From contig CAZPWM010000085.1 in the NCBI GenBank assembly GCA_964590575.1, forward strand, positions 1 through 13,656: a DNA stretch of 13,656 bases, given 5' to 3'. The stretch is from an uncultured archaeon. Lineage in GTDB: Archaea; Asgardarchaeota; Thorarchaeia; Thorarchaeales; Thorarchaeaceae. The notes beneath the pieces are model-generated. The model was not told where the DNA came from. It made no database searches and saw only the letters and a list, made by a program, of their open reading frames with translations. Every line of letters starts with the position of its first letter. Position 1 is the stretch's first letter. Shown here one piece after another: positions 7,830 through 13,656 of this stretch. Both the position numbers and the translations under genes were made by a program.

Positions 7830-8609
7830 ATGAAATCAACTAAATATAGTGAAAAAGTTTTAGATCATTTCCGCAATCCACGGAATGTAGGAACTCTTGA
7901 AGGAGATGATGTAGCGGTAGGTAAGGTTGGTAATCCAACTTGTGGAGATATCATGGAGGTCTTTATTCGCATCGATGGAGATGTTATCACCGATGCCAAA
8001 TTCAGAACCTTCGGTTGTGGGTCTGCAATAGCGACGACAAGCATGACGACTGAGATGGTCAAAGGAATGACCCTTGATGAGGCAATGGAGTTAACTCGTC
8101 AAGATGTCGCTGATGAATTGGATGGACTGCCACCAATTAAGATGCACTGCTCTAACCTTGCAGCTGATGCCTTACACGAAGCAATCAAAAGTTATCGGAA
8201 AGGCAGAGGCGAAGATGTACCTGAAGAGAACGAAAAGGTGAAGGAAGAGGTTGAGTGTCTTATTGGGAAGGATGAGTTTCTTAACAAAGGACTCTATCTT
8301 AATGTAGAAGATATTAATGAGTTCAAGGATCGAAGAACTCTGATTCTTTATTCAGGCGATGAATCAGTAGAAACTGCAATAAATATTTCAGAGGTCAGTG
8401 AACGCGTGATTCTTCTCACACCAGATGAAACCCTTGTACTCAATCCAGATCTTGCTGAGAAACTCGCAAGCTCCGGAGTTAAAGTCTTGTATCAATCGAA
8501 ACTTCTTGAGATTCGTGGCGAGTTCGAAGTTGAAAAAGTTCTGATATTTAATATTGATGAGGATGAAGACTATGAACTCTTCGTTGACGCTGTCGTAATC
8601 ATTGAATAA
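7830..8609 (+). CDS. iscU: IscU/NifU-N Fe-S scaffold fused to a degenerate thioredoxin-reductase-like Rossmann domain
   Basis: YSEKVLDHFRNPRNVG, GNPTCGD, FGCGSAIA and LPPIKMHCSNLA (three Cys plus Asp and His). About 117 extra C-terminal residues resemble the TrxB NADPH domain. Confidence 0.9.
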   Translation: MKSTKYSEKVLDHFRNPRNVGTLEGDDVAVGKVGNPTCGDIMEVFIRIDGDVITDAKFRTFGCGSAIATTSMTTEMVKGMTLDEAMELTRQDVADELDGLPPIKMHCSNLAADALHEAIKSYRKGRGEDVPEENEKVKEEVECLIGKDEFLNKGLYLNVEDINEFKDRRTLILYSGDESVETAINISEVSERVILLTPDETLVLNPDLAEKLASSGVKVLYQSKLLEIRGEFEVEKVLIFNIDEDEDYELFVDAVVIIE

Positions 8610-8653
8610 GAACAATAGGTACAAATGACATCTGTATTATTTCCGAAGATGTC

Positions 8654-9115
8654 ATGATAGATATCAAACCTGCAACTCCAGAGGATATTCCATTAATCGA
8701 GGAGATGTATAGGAGGGAGGTTGAGGACCACGCGGAACGAGCTCAAACATTCGCAGAGGACCTGGTTCTGAGATACAAGACCCTTCTTGCTGTCAAAGAT
8801 AATACTGTGTGCGGAACAGTATCATGGGAACCTCGAGGGGGGTTCGACGATGGTGTGGTCGAGATGATTGGGCTTGGTGTGAGTGAAGGTTTCAAGCGTC
8901 AAGGCATAGCGACGAAGCTGGTTGATGAGATGATTGAGGTGGCTTCACAGTTCTTTACATCAAAGGGATATTCTTTGAGGGTAATTCTCCTGTTTATGGA
9001 GCGAGAAAATGAAACCGCGCGAAAATTCTACTCCGTAAACAGATTCAAAGAGGTTGCTACTATACCCTCACTCTATCCAAGCGATGATGCATCCATCTGG
9101 ACGCGTCATCTCTGA
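8654..9115 (+). CDS. GNAT family N-acetyltransferase
   Basis: IKPATPEDIP N-terminus, acetyl-CoA motif A GVSEGFKRQGIATKL, and motif B ENETARKFY...F. Confidence 0.88.
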   Translation: MIDIKPATPEDIPLIEEMYRREVEDHAERAQTFAEDLVLRYKTLLAVKDNTVCGTVSWEPRGGFDDGVVEMIGLGVSEGFKRQGIATKLVDEMIEVASQFFTSKGYSLRVILLFMERENETARKFYSVNRFKEVATIPSLYPSDDASIWTRHL

Positions 9116-9136
9116 ATTCATTTCGGGTGAAACCAC

Positions 9137-9823
9137 ATGACCAAGGGACCAATCATTGGAACCCTACAAGAGCGGTCTCTGCATGCCAGCTTGAAGGAAC
9201 TCTACATGACCGGAGATGCAAGAGACGAGGTGTCGATTGATGGATTTGTTGTGGATGTTATCAGAAATGGACTCATAATTGAAATTCAGACTCGAAATTT
9301 CGCGGCTATCAAGAACAAGCTATCTTCGCTTCTCAAGAATCACCCTGTCAGACTCGTGTATCCGCTACCCAAGAAAAAGTGGATAGTGAAAGAAACGCCA
9401 GATGGAGCGAAACAGCTCAGTCGAAGGTCTTCTCCCAAGAGTTGTGGATTTGAAGATGTTTTCAATGAGCTTGTGCGAATACCAAATTTTATAGCTCACT
9501 CAAATTTCTCAATCGAGGTGTTGTTGACCGAGGAGGAAGAGATTCGCCGCCAAGATGGACAAGGGAGCTGGCGGAGAAAGGGGTGGAGTATCGTGGATCG
9601 GAAACTTATCACTATCATTGACAAGCGTCTGTTCGAAAAACCACTGGACTTCCTGCAATTCATCCCAGACACAATTGAGAGACCTTTCAAGAATTCAGAC
9701 CTTGCGAAAGCTCTTGGTATACCACAACGACTCGGCCAAAGACTGACGTATTGTCTGAGAAAGATGAATGTTCTAAAAAAAGTTGGTAAAGAAGGAAATG
9801 CGCTCCTGCATGACATCGGATGA
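9137..9823 (+). CDS. Hypothetical protein, PD-(D/E)XK/restriction-endonuclease-like N-domain with C-terminal winged HTH
   Basis: ERSLH..LK, EV.IDGFVVDV, IIEIQT pattern. C-terminal SDLAKALGI......YCLRKM.VLKKVGKEGNA. GGGTGA RBS 6 nt before ATG. Confidence 0.65.
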   Translation: MTKGPIIGTLQERSLHASLKELYMTGDARDEVSIDGFVVDVIRNGLIIEIQTRNFAAIKNKLSSLLKNHPVRLVYPLPKKKWIVKETPDGAKQLSRRSSPKSCGFEDVFNELVRIPNFIAHSNFSIEVLLTEEEEIRRQDGQGSWRRKGWSIVDRKLITIIDKRLFEKPLDFLQFIPDTIERPFKNSDLAKALGIPQRLGQRLTYCLRKMNVLKKVGKEGNALLHDIG

Positions 9824-9830
9824 TACCTTA

Positions 9831-10919
9831 TTATCGGTCTTTCAAGACATTCCGAATGTCCTGCAAGTACTCACTCCCAGGGGTTTCCCAACGATTTGTT
9901 TCCTCGTTATAAAGGTCGTATGGGTGAGAATCCATGCTCATTTTTGCATCATGGATTGTCTGAATGAAACTAGATGCCAAGTGAGGACGGAGAACATCCA
10001 AGCCTCTGAGAAATCCTTTCGTATCCTGTGCATTGAGAGCAATTTGAATGGCATATCGAGTTCTAGATTCCATTGTTATAGTCGCAGGATATGGGATTTG
10101 GTAAAAGACAGAGAGTAACTGGTCAAATGGTTCATCCATTTCGATGAAACAAATGATGTTCAGTTCATCATCAGTTGCACAAAGTGACGATCTATATCCC
10201 TTGATTATGCCTTCATCTTCCAATCGGCGGATCCTCTTGTTCACCTGAGCTTCCGAGAGCGACAAAATTGTTGCTAACTTCTTCTGTGTTATCTCTCCAT
10301 CATCGAACATATGCTTCAGGATGAGAACATCATTTGTGTCAAATTCCACAATAGATTGAACCTCATTTAGAGGGTACTTGGGTTTTTTCTTTGATTTAAG
10401 CGTCTTAGGAATCAGATCCTTCCAGTGACCCCAATCCCATACCCAACCTAATCCAGAGTTGAAGTAACTGAAGTCTGCAAACTTGGCATCAAAATCCGTG
10501 ATATCGAAAATGAAGAAGTCAGAGACCAACTCAGCTTTTTGGAGTTCCTCTAGAATCCTACGAGTGATTCTGGGAGAAGAAAGAGAGTAGAGCGCGTAAG
10601 CCAAGAAACCATTGTACCTTCCATAGGTAGGACTGTTATGATAGATTGTATCAATGGCATGAAAAATATCTGGCAACACGTCTGATCCAAGAGGTGTGGT
10701 GTTCGCAAGAAAGATGTTCTCGCCTAAGCCCATTTTACGTTCCAAAGCCATTACTCGAGTTGGACTCAGGACTCCTGTTTCTCGTAATCTCTTTAGACGA
10801 TATCTTACCGTTCTTGAGGGTAAACCCAATAGCGCACCGACTTCCTCTGTCGAGACCTTAGGACCTAATCTATCGATAGCTCCGATGATTTTGATATCCT
10901 TGGGATCTATTTGCGTCGT
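9831..10919 (-). CDS. Lrp/AsnC-type regulator with two tandem wHTH + effector-like modules; probable non-canonical start
   Basis: Second HTH is FDTNDVLILKHM..DGEITQKKLATILSLSEAQVNKRIRRLEDEGIIKGY. First HTH, IDPKDIKIIGAIDRLGPKVSTEEVGALLGLPSRTVRYRLKRLRETGVL, extends 30 codons upstream of the TTG at 10829 to an ACG at 10919. Confidence 0.8.
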   Translation of the reverse strand, partial: TTQIDPKDIKIIGAIDRLGPKVSTEEVGALLGLPSRTVRYRLKRLRETGVLSPTRVMALERKMGLGENIFLANTTPLGSDVLPDIFHAIDTIYHNSPTYGRYNGFLAYALYSLSSPRITRRILEELQKAELVSDFFIFDITDFDAKFADFSYFNSGLGWVWDWGHWKDLIPKTLKSKKKPKYPLNEVQSIVEFDTNDVLILKHMFDDGEITQKKLATILSLSEAQVNKRIRRLEDEGIIKGYRSSLCATDDELNIICFIEMDEPFDQLLSVFYQIPYPATITMESRTRYAIQIALNAQDTKGFLRGLDVLRPHLASSFIQTIHDAKMSMDSHPYDLYNEETNRWETPGSEYLQDIRNVLKDR

Positions 10920-10992
10920 TGGTTTTCACCTTGTTATTATTTAGTATTAATACACAATTAAGCTTGGTTTCTAAGCAATTACAATATTACGT

Positions 10993-11075
10993 TATTGGCA
11001 ATATATATATACTATTTTTGCCAGAAACGTATGCATAACTACTATATTGGCAAGAAATTGGATTGAAATAGCCAG
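10993..11075. promoter_or_regulatory. Two tandem imperfect palindromic boxes (TATTGGCAA-N15/16-TWGCCAG) in an AT-rich divergent promoter region
   Basis: TATTGGCAA at 10993-11001 and 11045-11053, each followed by TTGCCAG (11018-11024) or TAGCCAG (11069-11075). Lies between two divergent HTH genes. Confidence 0.55.
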
Positions 11076-11104
11076 TATATATTTCCCGTTGAAGCGTGGT
11101 TAAC

Positions 11105-11389
11105 ATGAGCGTGCCCATCAACCTGACTAAAAGCACATTGATAGTAATTGACAAGTTGGATAAGGAAGGACCGATGAGTCCACAGGACTTGGCTAAGTCG
11201 TCTGGTCTTGCTATGAGAACAGTCACGTTGGCTCTCAAAACACTCTTACTTGGGAAGGTCTGCAGAAGGACACCGAATCTCTTGGACATGAGAAAACCAC
11301 TATATCATGTTGATTCAGAAAAAGTCAGAGAGCTCCGACGTAATGCGGAGATTTGGCGGTCAATGGCACACATCCACACTATCAGATAG
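11105..11389 (+). CDS. Small archaeal winged-HTH (MarR/ArsR-like) DNA-binding protein
   Basis: LTKS...VID.LDKEGPMSPQDLAKSSGLAMRTVTLALKTL, with wing PNLLDMRKPLYHV. ATG 11105 preferred over GTG 11096. Confidence 0.8.
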   Translation: MSVPINLTKSTLIVIDKLDKEGPMSPQDLAKSSGLAMRTVTLALKTLLLGKVCRRTPNLLDMRKPLYHVDSEKVRELRRNAEIWRSMAHIHTIR

Positions 11390-11445
11390 CTGACCATAGT
11401 CTGGCCTTGATGAATCTACAGCCAAGACATTTCCTTTTCAAAATA

Positions 11446-11802
11446 CTAATGACAGCTGTTGTCAGCGAAACAATTCTTGAGAACAGCATGCATGACTGCA
11501 CCTCGAGCTTCGTCAATGTCGGGAAGACCACTAATGAATTCCTCGCATACTCTCATTGCAGGAAGTCCAACGGGGGCAGGAAGTCCGCAGCCATCATCAT
11601 CACCCTTCGCGACATCGACTGTCCGGATAACGGAAGGTGAAAGGCCAAAATCAGAAATGACGCTATACATGATCTCTAAAGCAGCATCACAAAGAACACA
11701 TTGTTCGCTTGTGTACAGAATTATGCATGCACATCGACCGCACTCAGTCCGCTCTCTTTTGTAAGAAACATAGGTTGATTCTTGTTTTACCGTCATTTCC
11801 AA
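11446..11802 (-). CDS. Cys-rich thioredoxin/glutaredoxin-fold protein
   Basis: IILYTSEQCVLC (CxxC after a beta strand), IRTVDV, cis-Pro-like GLPAMRV and FISGLP. Start TTG 11802 or ATG 11796. Confidence 0.75.
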   Translation of the reverse strand: MEMTVKQESTYVSYKRERTECGRCACIILYTSEQCVLCDAALEIMYSVISDFGLSPSVIRTVDVAKGDDDGCGLPAPVGLPAMRVCEEFISGLPDIDEARGAVMHAVLKNCFADNSCH

Positions 11803-12015
11803 TCAAGAGAAACATAGCTAATTTTGAATATAACCGGTCTGAGGAAATCCACCAGCCATATAATGCTTCAAAACGCCGTGTAGTCTCATTATAAGAGAAC
11901 TTTCGTAAGCAGATAGAAAATATGTGCTTGTCAGAGAGACTAGAACAGCAGGTCCGATATAGCTGTAACCCTGTATCTTAACAATTGGCCATATTATCAA
12001 GATATTACGAGCCTA

Positions 12016-13191
12016 TTACAGGACTTCCAGGCCAGTCATCAGATCATCCAACAAATCTGCTGAATCTTCTATTCCTATAGACAAACGAACCGTGGATTCT
12101 GAGATACCCATCTCATTGAGAGCTTTCTCGTCAAGACCATAATGCGTAGTCAGTGCAGGAATGCTTGCCAAGCTCTCGACACCTCCTAGTGATACTGCAT
12201 TCAAGAAGATTTGAAGAGAGTCTACGAACTTGCTTGTCCCGGCCAAGTCGGAATCAAGGGTTATCGCCATCATGCCTCCAAAACCATCCATTTGTTTCTT
12301 AGCTACATCATGTTGAGGATGACTTGCAAGACCCGGATAATGAACTTCTCTGATTCGTGAGTCATGGGACAGTTTCTCAGCCAAAGACATAGCATTCGAG
12401 TTGTGCTTCTCCATCCGGACTCCAAGTGTCTTAATCCCTCGATCAAGAAGGAATGAGGCAAATGGGTCCATGGTACCGCCGAGTAATTTTGCAGCGCTGC
12501 GAACGTCTGCCATCAACTCTTTTGAGCCAGAGATAGTCCCTGCGATTATGTCACTGTGACCACCGAGATATTTGGTTGCACTATGCATCACAAGGTCCAC
12601 ACCCAATGTGTGAGGTCTCTGGTTGATTGGAGAGCCAAATGTACTATCAATCATGCTAATTGTACCCGTTTCACGAGCTGCATCGGCAACTTTCTTGATA
12701 TCAATAATCTTCAATGTGGGATTGGTAGGGGTTTCAAAGAAACAGAGTTTATAGGAGGATCCGGAGTCTGAGAGTTTATCAGCGAGTTCATCTGTATCAA
12801 CATAGTCAACCTGAATACCATTAGGTGAGAGTATCTTGTTGAAGAGATTGACAGTTCCTCCGTAGATCGAATCACTTGAGAGAATGCGCTCGCCACTTTT
12901 TACATGACCCATTATAGCTGAAGAGATAGCAGCCATCCCAGATGCCAGAACGTGTGTGTCTTCTGTGCACTCCAATGCATTGATTTTCTCTTCAACGCTC
13001 TTCGTTGTTGGATTACTCCATCGTGTGTATACATCTTTCCCGGTTTTACCCTGTACTGAGTCAAGCATTTGTTGTTGATTCTCAAAGACAAAGGTGGAGG
13101 TTTGGACAATAGGGACCACCGCAGGTCCGGATGTTTGTGTGTGTTCACCCTGAACGCAGAGAGTGGATGGTTGTCTTTTCCTAGCATTCAT
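12016..13191 (-). CDS. Cys/Met metabolism PLP-dependent enzyme (cystathionine gamma-synthase/gamma-lyase family)
   Basis: PIVQTSTF, YTRWSNPT, ASGMAAI, YGGT, ETPTNP, DSTF.SP, HSATKYLGGHSD (PLP Lys intact), YPGL, AVSLGGVESL, VRLSIGIE. GGAG RBS upstream. Confidence 0.92.
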   Translation of the reverse strand: MNARKRQPSTLCVQGEHTQTSGPAVVPIVQTSTFVFENQQQMLDSVQGKTGKDVYTRWSNPTTKSVEEKINALECTEDTHVLASGMAAISSAIMGHVKSGERILSSDSIYGGTVNLFNKILSPNGIQVDYVDTDELADKLSDSGSSYKLCFFETPTNPTLKIIDIKKVADAARETGTISMIDSTFGSPINQRPHTLGVDLVMHSATKYLGGHSDIIAGTISGSKELMADVRSAAKLLGGTMDPFASFLLDRGIKTLGVRMEKHNSNAMSLAEKLSHDSRIREVHYPGLASHPQHDVAKKQMDGFGGMMAITLDSDLAGTSKFVDSLQIFLNAVSLGGVESLASIPALTTHYGLDEKALNEMGISESTVRLSIGIEDSADLLDDLMTGLEVL

Positions 13192-13332
13192 ATTTTAGAC
13201 TCCAAATTTTGACAAACTGATAAAATGTGGATGCTCATTTCAAACTTATAGGTAAGCACAAACGGGCAAATTAGTTGCTGGTTTTTTGTGCTATCCATCA
13301 GCATCATCGAAAAGGGTGCCATAGCCTGCAAA

Positions 13333-13569
13333 TCAATATGGTTCTTCTGGAATTATAAGACCCACGATGATGTATCCGAGAATTCCAATCACTGTGAGTG
13401 TGAATAAGAACATAAGAACCCGAACAAGTGTTGGATCCATATTGTAATGTTTAGCAAGTCCTCCGCACAATCCCAAGATTATTCGGTCATCTCGAGACCT
13501 GTACAATCCAGAACCCCTTTGTCTTGGGATATCGTTTGGAAAATCGTCTGGCGTTGGTATCTCTGCCAT
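13333..13569 (-). CDS. pspC: PspC-domain membrane protein
   Basis: LYRSRDDRIILGLCGGLAKHYNMDPTLVR, then hydrophobic segment ending GYII..LIIPEE. GGTGG RBS upstream. Confidence 0.88.
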   Translation of the reverse strand: MAEIPTPDDFPNDIPRQRGSGLYRSRDDRIILGLCGGLAKHYNMDPTLVRVLMFLFTLTVIGILGYIIVGLIIPEEPY

Positions 13570-13656
13570 TCTACCACCATCTCTACAGTTCTGCGAGTGA
13601 TATTAAACATTTACACACACTGAAGTAGGTATCTACTTATTAGACGAGTGAATCAA

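Noticed and set aside
11001-11011. (AT)5 microsatellite
   Set aside because: Too short. Better explained as part of the AT-rich promoter.
11353-11764. Plus-strand ORFs 11353-11640 and 11459-11764
   Set aside because: Shadows of the minus-strand thioredoxin-fold gene, which has the coherent CxxC/cis-Pro pattern.
11803-12015. Long intergenic gap containing the 60-aa ORF 11818-12000, 61-aa ORF 11709-11894 or a possible ncRNA/SECIS
   Set aside because: No convincing hairpin, tRNA or C/D-box pattern by eye, no protein motifs, and no in-frame UGA selenoprotein candidate nearby. An Infernal/Rfam scan would be needed.
1-13656. CRISPR arrays, IS elements, integrases, rRNA/tRNA; remaining short antisense or nested ORFs in the track
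   Set aside because: No periodic repeats, terminal inverted repeats, transposase motifs or cloverleafs were seen. The short ORFs lie within better-supported genes.

Overview
Gene-dense prokaryotic window with 16 credible CDSs. I found no RNA genes, CRISPR array or mobile element. It is most likely archaeal and Asgard-like (Thor/Loki). That is an inference from the TATA/BRE-like promoters, GGTGA/GGAGG ribosome-binding sites, tandem Lrp-type wHTH regulator and output-less Cache-HAMP protein. Gene order: 5'-truncated dCache-TM-HAMP sensor(+), bacterial-type PLP arginine decarboxylase speA(+), larE(+), M24 Xaa-Pro peptidase(-), Zn alcohol dehydrogenase(-), a compact tusA-dsrE-iscS-iscU operon(+), GNAT(+), PD-(D/E)XK-like/wHTH protein(+), duplicated Lrp/AsnC regulator(-), small wHTH(+), Cys-rich thioredoxin-like protein(-), Cys/Met gamma-family PLP enzyme(-), PspC-domain protein(-). 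The best candidate for a new system is the sulfur/Fe-S operon. Its IscS lacks the PLP Schiff-base Lys (SSND instead of SxHK) and the substrate-binding Arg but keeps the loop Cys. Its IscU is fused to a degenerate thioredoxin-reductase NADPH domain. Both follow two persulfide carriers, which suggests desulfurase-independent Fe-S assembly. Other highlights are a dCache pocket with an Arg-to-Glu switch beside the agmatine-producing enzyme, a probable ACG start codon, and a tandem palindromic operator.
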